The notes: generated from the sequence alone by a model not told the origin. Counted from the first letter of the whole stretch, positions 1 through 11,921 are shown. The stretch: 60,707 nt of DNA, filler included, from Basidioascus undulatus (GCA_000826855.1; 11 parts of 11 records of this genome joined end to end with filler, not necessarily neighbours in it); one strand, 5' to 3'. Translations and numbers: made by a program.

Positions 1-400
1 TCAAGCGTCAAGCACGGCGAATCGTACGAGCCCTGTGCGGGGGGAAGGCGGGGAGGCTCCTTGCAGGCGTCACTTCGCCAGCACGGGCGATACGACACGA
101 AGCGAAACCAGAGAGTGAAAGAATGGTGTCGTGATAAATTCAGAGGTCTTTGTTTGACAAGACCCCCTTACGTTGCGGTGCGCTGTCAAATTGTTTTCCA
201 GAAAGGCCAAGCTGAGCTAACCAGGGACGCTGATTTGCCAACATACAGCAAGCCCACTAAATACTCAGGTCCCGATGCATGGAAAGCCCGAGAACATGAG
301 TTCAGTCAACTATTCGACAAGACTACAGCCGGAAGCATCGCGATACGATGCGGAAAGGACCTGACAAACGTTCTCAAGAACGCAAAAACACGCGCAACGG

Positions 401-1467
401 TCACTTCCAGCTCGGAGACTGAATGTGAGAATAAGAAAGAGACCAATCGGGAACCTGTGGGAGCAGAGGATCCGTGGAGGATGTGGAACTGGGAAGGGCG
501 GAGGATGGGTGGAAAAACGCGATGGAGTGGAGAAGCGAGCTCGGCGGCTCGATCTGGGCGTTCGAGGAAGAAGCAACGGGGACTGCGGAGGGAGATCGTC
601 AGCTACGCGCATTCGAACAGGAACGGGAGAGCGTGCGGGTGTAGAACTGATGCTGGCGAGGGGGTTGCGATGCTGAAGTTGGCGGGAAATTCATGAGCCG
701 CTGCTAATGAGGGGTGAAGAGGAACGGGGCGGCGTGCCGATCTGCGCAGTGCTCGGGCGCTTAGGTAGAGGTTCTGGCCACGACGAGATCGATGGCAGAA
801 CTTGCAGCCTGTCCTGTTCCGCGAGCGCGAGGAAGAACGCCTTGAGCTCGAGCGCGGAGTAGCCCGAGTCGAACAGCGTCGCGGGGACCAGCTGGGGCAT
901 GCTGGCGGTGGCGATGGGGTGGACGAGCTGGAAGAGGGGCAGAGAGTACGACAGGGCCTGGGGGCGGAGAGTGGGCGGAGAGCCGATGGAAGGGTCGTTC
1001 GGAGGGGACGTGTATGCGTGGGTGGACGTGGACGGGCCGACGATGCCCACTCGAGGAGGAGGCTTCTTGCTCGGCGTCTCGGGCTCCTCCTTCTCAGCCT
1101 TCGGTGCCGCCTTGCGCTTCTTGGGCGTGAGGGTCAAATCTGGAGCAGCAGCCTTCTTGCGGCGACGAGAGAACCAGGAGTCGATCGAGGTCTTTGGGAC
1201 GGAAAGCTCTGCGTCCACAGCCGCCCACCCTCAGTCTTCGTGAGGCGCATGAAGTTCCGAGTGAGCCGGCGTACCGACGGAAAGAGCACTGCGTTCACCG
1301 AGACCTGGGTTCGGCTTCTCGGAGAAGTACTCCTCCAGCACTGCGCGGCGCGCGGTATCGATCGGCTTCGCGGGCCGCTTGGGCGTCACGCTCGGCTTGA
1401 CGTCTTCGGGCGGAAGGAACGGGTCGAGCGGCGTCGTGGGTGGCAGGGGAGCCGGGATGTCGGACAT
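401..1467 (-). CDS. Homeodomain transcription factor (atypical, spliced)
   Basis: Exon 1467-1275, a GTACGC..GCAG intron 1274-1209, and an exon from 1208 give KRPAKPIDTARRAVLEEYFSEKPNPGLGERSALSVELSVPKTSIDSWFSRRRKK, with homeodomain spacing L16, F20, P26, R31, L34, L38, W48, F49, R53. The 3' end is either the stop at 691 or ~401 via two putative GC-AG introns. Confidence 0.8.
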
Positions 1468-1686
1468 CGTCGTGGAAATATGAGGAAGTTAGCGGGAGAA
1501 GGGGTCCTGAAGTTGGGGGTGAGCGAGGCGATGGTGATGGTCGAAGGCGAAGAACGACAGCGCCGGCTTTCACCTTTCAGCACGACGTGCAGAACCCGGC
1601 TGCCGCGTCGCGTTTGCTACGACTCAACCTGGCTTCGGCCGTATGAAATCTGCACTATTAAAATTTGAACAAACATTTCTCTGAAA

Positions 1687-2258
1687 ATGTGTGTATGCGT
1701 TGTTGCTCTGATGACGGCCGACGCTTTGCTTAACATCCCAGCAGGGTTCCACAGTGCGCTGCTCTACGCATACAGCGGGTACCACTTCCTCAACCCAGCG
1801 CGTCTCATCCTCAGCCCATTTTCCCATTCCTCTAATCCTCTCCATACCCACAGGCGTTTGAAGCCTACTTCCAGTACCTCACGCGCGTGCTTCCCCTCCT
1901 CACACACGGCCTGCCCTACGTCGCATGTAGCTTCGCGCTCGGGCACGTCCGCCGGATCGTCTCCTTCTCCGCCTCACCTCTTCCCCTCTCCTCAACCCCC
2001 GAGCCCTGGTCGCCCGAGGACCAGCTCCTCCCCTGCTCGGCTGCGACGCGGCAGTTCTTCAGGCCGCATGGGGAGTGGGCGAAGAAGGTTGGGGAGTACA
2101 GTAGGGTGTTTGAGGAGGATGGAGATGGGAGGTGGACCAGGGCGCCAGGGACGTTTGGAAGTTTAGCCCGCTGCTGCGGGGGAGATTGGGAGTGGGGGTC
2201 GAGGGGGATGGGGTTAGTTGAGAAGAGGCGTGAGGTATTCTTGGAATGTTGTGGCTAA
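1687..2258 (+). CDS. Hypothetical protein, head-to-head with the homeodomain gene
   Basis: Spliced reading GFHSALLYAYSGYHFLNP|AFEAYFQYLTRVLPLLTHG...FLECCG* via a putative intron 1798-1853 (branch CTAAT, CAG acceptor). The start is uncertain. Confidence 0.4.
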
Positions 2259-3170
2259 TTTGAATGACATGCATTACGTTTCAATGTTGGCTTTTGTGAG
2301 TGTAACTGGCTTGTCGTCTGCCAGACCATGGAGAGCATGGACTGGAAGAACTCAGACACTGCCGTGAAACAGTCTACCGGAGAAACTCCCGGGCTCAGTG
2401 GCTTGTATAACGTCAGATGAGTGTAAGAATAGGGCTTTCATAAACTTGTTAAGGCATTTTCATCCCTGCCAGTCGGTGCAGCACTTCACTTCACGAAACT
2501 GGCCGCACAGGCAGTCCAACAGCGTGCAGTCTGACACTCTGCAGTTGCATAGCACTTTCTGTTCTCTGCGCCTATCTCCGAGGAGGGACTATCGATAATG
2601 CTTCGTACCGAGGAAACGAAAATAAGAAATTCTTCCCGTAGTCCTTACTTTCAGAAACCACCGCCGTCAGCATAAATGAAGGCGAAAATGAATCACAGCC
2701 TCAGAGGTGAGCGTTTCGGGTGCTGCCTGGGAGTCGCCGCGTCACCGGCGAACGCTGGCCCGTTGCTCGCGACTGTCCCTTAGCAGCAGGCCAACACCGT
2801 CTACCAAAACAACAACTTTCTCCTTTAGCTCCATCAGCGCATTTGTGTACCAGAGCCCCTCTATTAGGCGTACAAGGCGAGAGGACGACACAGGCCGGCG
2901 GTAGACCGGCCCGTCACTGTCACCGAGCCTCCTCCGTGCGCCGCCCTGGGCGCTTGCCCTTGCTCTCGTGCATCGTGGTACGAGCACATCGAGCGGGCAT
3001 TTGAAGCTTCAGAGTCGGTTGGGATCAGGGTCTGTGAGTGCATCTCATACTTGTGGTGCTGGGTGAGAGGAACGGGCTGCTGAGTCCGGACGCAGCCAGC
3101 AGCCAGCTTCTAGGCCTCCCCGCCGCCTACTCGCCCATCTCCCCCTTCTCGCACACTCTCCCCGGCCACG

Positions 3171-5450
3171 ATGGCCTCCCGACCCCCTCCTTCCGACCGC
3201 GAGCCGGGAGACGCGTACATCCGTACGCTAGCGACTCAAATCCGACGCTCGGAAGCCGCCCTCGCCTCGTCCGGCCTGGCACGGCGCACCCCCGCTCCAT
3301 CGGCATTCTCAGTCCCACTCTCCTTCATCGGCCTCTCCTCCTCGTCGGGCCCAGCCAACCCGACACCGCCGCTCAAGATGGACCTGCACCACCTGTACTA
3401 CCTCCTCATCCGCATCGACGGGATCGGCGTGTCCTGCGGCGCGCTCGATGTCCGCCTCGAGACGCCCTCCCGCCCTGCGTCGTACTATTCCCTCCTCGCG
3501 CACGACAGCCACGCAAAGGACACGTCCGACACGCGTTCCATCATGTCCTCCCTCTCCGCCGTGTCCTCCTTCTCCCTCACCCCCTCCTCCTGGTGGAGCG
3601 GCGGCGCGCCCGCGTCCTCCCCAGACCTCGACCTCAAGTACCTCTACTCCGCGTTCACCAAGATCCCGGCGCTCCGGCTCGTCGGCACGCCGCAGGGCAA
3701 GCTAGTGGAGGAGTTTGCGGACCTCCCGATGGACACGGCCGTGCCCCTGGACGCGTTCAAGAACCTCCAAGTGCTCGAGCTCGAGGGCGTCGACATCCGC
3801 GCGCTGACGGGGTGGGACCGCCTCGCGGACGGCCTGCGGAGCCTGACGATCGTGAACGGCGAGATCGAGGACGTGGCAGAGCTTCTGCTCGATGCTGTCC
3901 TCGGCGACGCTGACCGGCGCGCGAACGGGAGCTCAAAACCCTCCCGACGGCGTGTGCGGCAGCCCTCAGCCGCGACGTCCGATACCGTTTCGGAGGAGGT
4001 CGAGGAGCTCTCGGGCCCCACGCCCGACTACCCCTCCCTCCCCCCGACCAAATGGCGTTTCCTCCGACACCTCTCTCTCTCCTCCAACTCGCTCACCTTT
4101 GTTCCCACCCCGCCGCTCGCGCACCTCGCCTCCCTCACCTCCCTCGACTTCTCTTCGAACCTCCTCGTCTCCGCCCCGCCCGCGCTCGCGCACCTCCCCA
4201 ACCTCGCCGCGCTCAACCTCTCTGACAACATGATCGAGTCCGTGCGCGGCCTGGGCGCCGTGCTCGGCAACGTCACCTCGCTTAACCTCGCGCGGAACCG
4301 CATCGAGTGCTTAAGCGGTCTGGAGCGCGTTATGGGGTTGGAGCGCGTGGATGTCAGGGAGAACAGGGTCGAGGAAAGCGCGGAGGTTGGACGGCTGGCG
4401 GCTTTGCCGGCGATTAGGGCCGTGTGGGTCGCGGGGAACCCGCTGTGCCAGATTGAGGACGACTGGCGGTGAGCACTCTCTCATGAGCTATCCCACCCTC
4501 TCCTTCCACTAAACACCATCTCCCGCCTCCACACAGAATCCGAATATTCAACTACTTCCTTCGCGAATCGCACACGATCTCCCTGGACGGGTCCACCCCG
4601 ACCTTCTACGAGCAGCGCTACCTGATCGCCGCGCCCGAACACCCCGGGAACTCCTCCTCCCGGCCTACCTCAACCATCTCCGTTCCCTCCCCGCCGATCG
4701 TCCCTGTCCGGCGCTCCTCCACCGCCTCTCAAACCCTCCCCACCACCGCCGCCCCGCTCGCCTCCTCCTCCGACGAGCCCCGCAAAGTCCAGAAGCGCCG
4801 GAAACCGAAGAAGCGCATTGTCGATATCGACGCTGAGAGCATGAGCGCCAGCCCCGCGAGCTCGGCGGTCGAGGACGGGGGCGCGAATGGCGTCTCCCGC
4901 TCATCCAGACCGAGTCCGCCTGACGCGCTCGCCTCTGTGTCTTCTACGCTCGCGAAGCACCGCACGCTCCGCCCCTCGCCCTCCACGCTGTCCCTCCCCC
5001 CCACGCCCTCCGGCTCGCCATCAGCCTCCCCCGCCCGCCGCGCAGACGCCTCCGCCCGCGTGCTGGCGCGCAAGATGCGCGTCTCCACGTCGGTGTACGA
5101 GCCGGGCGGGGTGAGCCCTGGCGACGGCGAGGGCGCGCGGCTGTTCGGGTTTGGAGGAGAGGAGACGGATCGGTTTAGGGCGCGGATCGAGGCGCTCCGC
5201 AGCGAGGTGGGGGACAGCTGGTTGAGGGTTTTGAGCCAGGAGGGCGAGGCTGGTGAGCGGGAGAGGGAGAGGGAGGCGAGGAGCCCGCCACGCTCCCGCA
5301 CGGCGTCATCGCCCCCGCCGAGCAAGGACCGCAGTCCTGCGCTGAGGCCGGTCAGCCCGCTGCCGCCGCGCGCGGAGGAGGAGGAAGAGGCTGTGGAGGG
5401 GCTTGCGCCGCTCGAGCGCGGGGGTGTGGGTGCGGCGGAAGGGATCGCCC
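3171..5450 (+). CDS. Leucine-rich repeat protein (nischarin/STK11IP-like fungal LRR), 3' truncated by contig end
   Basis: 433-aa first exon with LxxLxLxxNxL repeats (LRHLSLSSNSL, LTSLDFSSNLL, LAALNLSDNMI, VTSLNLARNRI) and an LRR cap (VWVAGNPL). Intron 4469-4536 (GTGAGC..ACAG), then RIRIFNYFLRESHTISLDG... open to the gap. Confidence 0.85.
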
Positions 5451-5550
5451 NNNNNNNNNNNNNNNNNNNNNNNNNNNNNNNNNNNNNNNNNNNNTTAATT
5501 AATTAANNNNNNNNNNNNNNNNNNNNNNNNNNNNNNNNNNNNNNNNNNNN
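5451..5550. other. Artificial contig-joining spacer
   Basis: N44-TTAATTAATTAA-N44, with stop codons in all six frames. Confidence 0.98.
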
Positions 5551-6039
5551 CTCGGATCCCGCATCACCGGGCCCCTGCACGCCCTCCTGCACCTGCGCGC
5601 CACGCACGCCTCGCACGCCTTACGCCTCTCCGCACTCCACGCCGCGCTCGCCCCGCACGCCGACGAGCTCGGCTACGCCTCCGCGCCCGCGAGCGGGGCG
5701 CCTGTACTGCGCGCTGTGCTGCGCGGGTGGAGCGAGGCGGACGTGCGGGCGCTTGTGGGCGGGGGACGGTGGTTCTACCTCGCGGAGGTGGACGCTCCGT
5801 CCCCATCCTCATCCCCCGCAGAGGATGACAGGGACAGGGAGACACACGACATAGTCGCGAGCCAGTTCGTCCTACCCCAGCTCGAGTTCAGCGCCGCGAG
5901 CGCGGGCGGCTCGCCTATCTCTCTTGCAGCGTCCGACATCGACTACTTTGACTCGGGGTCGGAGATGGACGATTCGGATGTCTGGGGCTCGCCGAGGATC
6001 GGGTTGAGTGCGAGGTTTGGGGAGGTGAGAGGGCGGTGA
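5551..6039 (+). CDS. Hypothetical protein, C-terminal fragment
   Basis: Open frame from the contig edge (LGSRITGPLHALLHLRATH...VLRGWSEADV...FGEVRGR*) with coding-like codon usage. Confidence 0.6.
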   Translation, partial: LGSRITGPLHALLHLRATHASHALRLSALHAALAPHADELGYASAPASGAPVLRAVLRGWSEADVRALVGGGRWFYLAEVDAPSPSSSPAEDDRDRETHDIVASQFVLPQLEFSAASAGGSPISLAASDIDYFDSGSEMDDSDVWGSPRIGLSARFGEVRGR

Positions 6040-6616
6040 AGGCGGAGGAGGGCTGGTTCGCATGCAGCTCGCGGTGGATTCCACACTCATCATACACAAA
6101 ACTTAACACACATCCTGGTCCTTTCGTCCCTCGCTGGATTATCTGATCCGTCAACCATCGACTAGTCGCTCCTTCGCTCGTCTCTCGTCATCTGATTCTA
6201 CCAGCACCAAGCATGACATGATACGATATATACGCTTGATTCGTTTACGATTGGTCTGCGGGGGTGTACCGAACGCCGAGCTCCTCGCCGCAATTGCTGA
6301 GAACGTCGTGCTGACTGGTGCTGATTGTAGGGACTCTCCAGGGATCCATTGACTGACTTGCGACTCGCGGCTCACTGTAAGCCCAAGTGAGCCTTGACTC
6401 GCGGCAAAGTCAATCCAGTATACCAACGCAGCCATCCCGTCCTTTCAGTCCGCTGCGCTCGATTCACAACCGCACAGCGCTGCACGCTCACGGACAGCCT
6501 ACACTGCACACGCACGCAAACCAATGATCAAAATTCATCATCCAACATACAATGCTCATCGCCCATCTCTCCCTCTCCCTCTCCCTCCCCGCCCTACCCC
6601 CTCCCGCAAGTCAGTT

Positions 6617-9600
6617 TCACACCCGTCCCCGCTCAAAAACCAAAGAAACCAACTCATCTGATAGAAAAAAAAGGGTGGGGCGAGCCAGACGCGCTCTCCG
6701 CTGCCTCAGAAAAAAGGGAGAGCGCGCGCGCCCGCCCCGGACGGTACCATGGCCGTCTGTGTGTCGTTGCGCAAGGCAAAAGCGAAAGAAAAGGAAAAAG
6801 AAAGAAAACAAGGGCGAGGCCCTCCGAAGAAGGGGGAGCCCCGAACCCGCACGCGCCGCTCCCTGCTCACGCCCGCGTTTCCCCGTCCATTGGACGGACG
6901 GACCCCCAAAAGTCCACTCGGCCCTTGCATCAACGCACGACCAGCCCGCCGGACACGGGCGCCCCACCGGGGTGAGGCGCCCGGCCCGTATATCCGCTCC
7001 CCGTAGCCAACGCGCCCCCTCCCTCGCGAGGCGAAGGCAGGACCAGCAACCACCTCCCCGCGCGACCCCATAGCGCCGAAGCGGGCACGAGCGCGTGGCT
7101 CTACGGCCCGCGTGGGGGGCGGGCCGTCCGTCCTGCGCAGGGGGCGGAGGGGAGGGGGAAGAGCCCTTGGACTCGTCCTTTTCCGCCGGCGGAGGCGGGG
7201 GCGGAGACGACCCCTCGCCCTCGCCCGCACCCGCGCCCTTGTCCGCAGGGGGCGGTGGCAGGGGCGGCGGTGACGCTTCCCCATCCTTGCCGCCCTCTCC
7301 CGCAGCGTCCCCCTTAACCACCTCCGGCAGGGACTTCGCATTCTCCTTCTCCTTCCCGTTCTCCTTCGGACCCTCCTTCTCCTTCTCCTTCTCCCCCTCA
7401 TCCGGCTTTTGCTCCGCCGGCTTCTGCTCTTTCTCCTCGCCCGGCTTCTCCTCGCTCAACGGGGGCGTCGCCGGTGCAGGCGAGCTGACGTCCGACCTCG
7501 AGCGGTTAAAGATGGAGTCGGAGAAGGATGAGCGTGCGGTAGTGGGGTTGGGCGTAGTCGGTGGTCGGGCGGGCGCGGGGGCGACGACGGGCTTGTCGGA
7601 TACGAGCTTTTCGAGCGTCTGCGGAGAAGAGGGGGAGGGAAGCGGTCGGATGTTGAAGGTTGAGCGAGGGAGAAAGGAGAGCAGAGAGGTGGGAGGGGAA
7701 GACGCACGTCGCCCGGTCCCTCGATATCCTGGAAGTGCGAGAGCTTGGCATTGAGGTACTTCGCGTCTTGGAGCAGTCTACCCTCTCTTCCACGATCAGC
7801 TCAGGTTCCTTCCCACTTCCCTATCTGGCCGATCGCACGTACTGCGCCTTCGCCCCCTCGCTCTTCAGCTCGACTCGCCCATACTCGTCCGACAAGCGCT
7901 GGTTGATGTCCCTGAAGACTTGGGAGAGCACCAGCTATTCCTCCCAGCGCGTCAGTTTAGCTCCCGCAGGCACGGTGTTGACAACGCGACCGCGCACCTC
8001 GACCACCTGCAGCGGCAGGTACCGCGACAGGACGCGATGCAGCGTCGCCGTCTCCTTGACGAGCGTCTCGACGTACGCGTTCGCGCCGTCAGCCTTGGGC
8101 TTGCCGCCCTGCTCAAAGTCGACTTTCTGCTCCCCACATCCCACACGCGTTCAGACTGGCCCGCCTCCGAAGGATGGGTCCGAAGAGAAGCGCGCACCTG
8201 CAGCGTCTTGACATGCGCCGTCAGCCGGTCGCCCATGATGGACACTAGCTTCGCGTGGATCTCGTACTGGTGCTCTTGGTAATCCTGCCACCCGCATTCC
8301 CGTCCCATCTCATCAGCGCCGCCCGCCCTCTTTCAGGTAAAAGACGCCGTCGACGCACCCTCTTGAGCTTATCGAACTCGATCAAGATAACCGCCTGCTT
8401 CGGGTTGAGGTGCCGCCGGACCGTCTCGCGCACGTAGGGGACGAGGGCGATCATCACCGAGAGGGCTTGGGAGGCGAGGGCTGGACGCGGGAAGGCGGGG
8501 GTGAGCTGCGTGTTCGTTTGCCCCTGAATAAGAGGAGGGACGGACCGAGATGCTTCGCAGTGATGTTCTTCAGCCCCGCCGAGCGCATAGCCCCGGCGCC
8601 GAGGACGACCTGACACGTGCGCGAGTTGAATTGCTATCCCCCCAGTCCGTCAGTCTCCCTCCCTCTGCTCTCCACCGTTCCCCGTCAGGCGCACCTTCAG
8701 AAACTCAATCACGCGCCCCATCAAATCCGTCGTCAACAGCGGTACGTTCATAAGCACCCTCAAATAGTCCGCGAGGAGTACGAGCACCTGCGCGCCCGCT
8801 GAGACGACGAAGTACGAGCGATCCTCGATCTTGAGCAGCGGGGCCGGCTTGCCCTTGTCCTGCTCCTTCGCGGAGCCGTTCGTCGCGGGGGACGAGGGGG
8901 AGGCGGCGGTGGTGGGGGTGGTGGAGGGGAGGAGGAGCTCAGTCGGGTCGGAGACGGCGGACTCGAGGATGAGGTCGACGGCGTGCTGAGTCGAGAAGGG
9001 CACCTCGGCTTGCGCCCAGAGCTCGTTCTCGACTAGCTTGGCGGACTCGGAGACACGCGTGGAGTGGAAGGTGAGGAGGAAGCCTTTGGCCTGCGTTCAC
9101 GTCGGTGTGAGTCCCATCCCAATGGAAGGAGGTAAAGAGGGAAGAAGGAATGAGGGAAGAGGGGAAGGGAGACAGAAGGTAGAAAGCGCACCTGGGAAAC
9201 CGCGACCCCCCTCAGCCCAACAATCATCTTCCCGCACACCGTCTCGCTCGCAAGCACGAACGCCCACGCGGCGTTGAAGACGGCCAAGAAGTCCGGCAGC
9301 GGGAGCGCGGCGTGCGCGTCCGTCCGCGCGGCGAGGAGCTTGGCGGCCCGGTTATTGGACAGCTCGCACGCGGAGAGGAGCAAGTCGGAGAGGAGGGTTT
9401 GGAGGGGGGGGTCGGTGCTGGGGAGGTTGCGCATGTATGTCAGACGGGGAGAAGGGAGGGGAAGAGGAGGAGGGGGGGAGCAGAGTGGAGGGGAAAGGGA
9501 AAAGGGGAAGAGGGAGGCACGCACGAGGAGTAAGGGGAGGCGAGGGTGAGGAGGAGTGAGGATTGGCTCGAGACGGCGCGGAGGGTGTGCAGAAGCGTGG

Positions 9601-10961
9601 AGAAGAGGGTGTTGGTGAGGGCGAGGAAGGAGGCGTGTGGGAGGTCGCGGAGGTGGGTTGCGAGTGCGGGGCTATCGTTCCTCATAGTGTCAGCTGAAAT
9701 CTGACTGAATGTAAAGAAGACACGCACTCGAGTGAGGAGAGCGGGCCGTCCAGTGGGTCGGACGCGTCCGACGTGGACGGCAAATGATCCCTCACCACGT
9801 CCCTCAAGACCCTCTCCACCCCCTCCCTATCCCGTCCGACAGCTTCCCCAACGCCGCCCGTGCGCCTCAAGCCGAGGAGCAGCGGCTCAAGCCTCGCCTT
9901 CAATCTTGCCTCCTCGTCCGTCTCGCCCTGTCCCTCTACGCGCGGCACACCCTCCACCAGCCCGTCCGAGCTCACTGCACGGCGGATCTGGCCGGGGCGT
10001 GGGGGCGAGAGGGACGTGATTGCGGCGGAGGCGGCGGCGGCACGGGCGCGCCACTGGAGGTCGGAGAGGAGGACGTCTGCGAGGTCTTCTCGCAGGGAGG
10101 AGCCAATGAGGGACTTGAGCGACTCGAGCTGCGCGGGGACGAGCGCGAGCGCGTGCAGCTGCGAGAGGTCGAGCTGCTCAGGGTGGTCTTCCTCGCCCGC
10201 TGCTGATGGGGGATGGAGTGACTCGCCGAGCTGGTCGACTAGATCGAGGGCGTCGAACCACGCCCCCACGCCTACCATCTGCCTTACAGCCTTCACCGCG
10301 CGCCCGACGTCCCCCACTTTCCCCACGGCATCCATCACCGCCTTGAGGTTCGCGCGTCTCCTCGCGCGGCGGACGACCTCCAGTCCCCCTCGCGCACGGG
10401 CGTGCTCGATCCGCCCGAGCTCGGACTGGAGGTCGTCGATGCGCGAGAGGCACGCAGCCGCCTCGGACTGGAGGTCCTGGAGGTTGTGGAGCGCGGCGAA
10501 GAAGGAGGAGGAGCGCGCTGAGATCTCGCGCACGAGGTGCTGCTCGACCGTGTCGGTGTAGTGCGACAGCTTCTCCTGCAGGATCTGGTTCGTCCCGATG
10601 TCCTCGGGGGCGGTGTGGAGGATCGGCAGCGGGGCGGCCGGGGTGGGGGGGGGGGTGAGGGAGTTCGGGGACTGCGGCGTGGGGGACGAAGGGCGCGAGA
10701 CGGCCTGCTCGGTCACTAGGGCGAAGGTAGAGGGGTTGCCCAGGGAGAAGTCTGGGGAGAAGAAGACGGAGGGGACGCTGTCGAGCGGGGGAAGCGGCGC
10801 GCGCCCGGACGATCGGCGCAGGCGCGGGGTGGATGTGGGCGAGGTGGGATCCGAGAGGGAGGGGGTGGTGGTGGTTATTGGGGAAGAGGGAGAGGGAGAG
10901 GCCAAGGAGAAGGCGGAAGAGAAGGAGAGGGAGAAAATGCGGTCGGGGCGGAGGCGAAGGA
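6617..10961 (-). CDS. VPS54: GARP complex subunit Vps54 (5' truncated, multi-exon; exact 3' end uncertain)
   Basis: Vps54 motifs LQEKLSHYTDTVEQHLVREISARSSSFFAALHNLQDLQ, VLGAGAMRSAGLKNITAKHL and YQEHQYEIHAKLVSIM, separated by multiple GT-AG introns. Confidence 0.92.
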
Positions 10962-11061
10962 NNNNNNNNNNNNNNNNNNNNNNNNNNNNNNNNNNNNNNN
11001 NNNNNTTAATTAATTAANNNNNNNNNNNNNNNNNNNNNNNNNNNNNNNNNNNNNNNNNNNN
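10962..11061. other. Artificial contig-joining spacer
   Basis: N44-TTAATTAATTAA-N44. Confidence 0.98.
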
Positions 11062-11266
11062 CCACAGTTGCTCCATGAGTAGATCTAGGACGAAAAGTGA
11101 TAGTCGAGTCAAGGAGCGGCATACATATGGCATTGTACTCGCGAGAGACGAGACTCAGGTTTGCGAGTGTGCCCCAGTCGATCGAGTATGAGCGCGGATG
11201 CGATGGCTTGCCAGCAGCCTCCAGGACGAATCGCTGGACGTCGAATGGTACTTCAGGCATGGTCAA
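11062..11266 (-). CDS. F-box-like protein, N-terminal fragment
   Basis: MPEVPFDVQRFVLE...LANLSLVSREYNAICMPLL resembles basidiomycete F-box-like N-termini; it runs into the gap. Confidence 0.55.
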
Positions 11267-11849
11267 GATGTAGATTTGACGAGTGGCAGTTCAGTCGACT
11301 TCGAAAGTGGGTAGAGTGACGCGCAGCGGGTGAGGGTGAGAGGGAAAGGGAGAACAGCCAAGAAGTCCGTCAAAGTCTCGGGTAAACATCGTCCGCACAG
11401 ACCTTCTCCGGATACAAACGACAAAATATAAAGCAGTGCCACAAGGATCCTCTGCGTAACGTCTCTTCTTAGCTCTGGTTGCTGGATCCTTCATTCGAAC
11501 ATGTGGCACGAGCGAGGACGACGCAGTAGGCGCAGATCTTGGCCAAGTTCCTCGGTTGAACTCTTCCGCACTTGACCTATACCACAGTATGGTGCATTGC
11601 GATTGAAGTGGTGTTGTCAGAAGGGAGAGCAAACTTGTACCTGCAGCTTCAATTCACCGCTGCTTCAGCAAATCACTCAACCGTTACGACAGTGGGTAAT
11701 GAGTGGTCCAACTCAGTCTGACCTTACTATTTATAGGCAGCTCTCATTTATCTCGAAATGAACAAATAATTTTGTAGTTAGTAGGTGTGGGGGAAAAAAG
11801 CAAGGTCAAAGACAATATAAACCCCTAATTGTCTCGGACATTAAAAAGC

Positions 11850-11921
11850 TTCCCCGTCCGGGAATCGAACCCGGGGCTGGGCGGTGAGAACACCCGATGT
11901 TAGCCACTACACCAACGAGGA
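11850..11921 (-). tRNA. tRNA-Glu (anticodon CTC)
   Basis: Reverse complement TCCTCGT-TG-GTGTAGTGGCTAACAT-C-GGGTG-TTCTCAC-CGCCC-AGCC-CCGGG-TTCGATT-CCCGG-ACGGGGA-A folds as a cloverleaf. No intron; a T5 Pol III terminator follows. Confidence 0.96.

Noticed and set aside
802..1668. Long antisense or alternative-frame ORFs (also 7095-7754, 9860-10561, 20785-21615, 36130-37029, 48534-49676, 51843-52580)
   Set aside because: These are shadow ORFs caused by high GC and codon bias over real genes, with low-complexity Arg/Ser/Pro translations.
401..2258. HD1/HD2 mating-type locus
   Set aside because: The arrangement is divergent, but the partner gene has no homeodomain, and the homeodomain protein lacks the long N-terminal dimerisation region and the WFxN motif.
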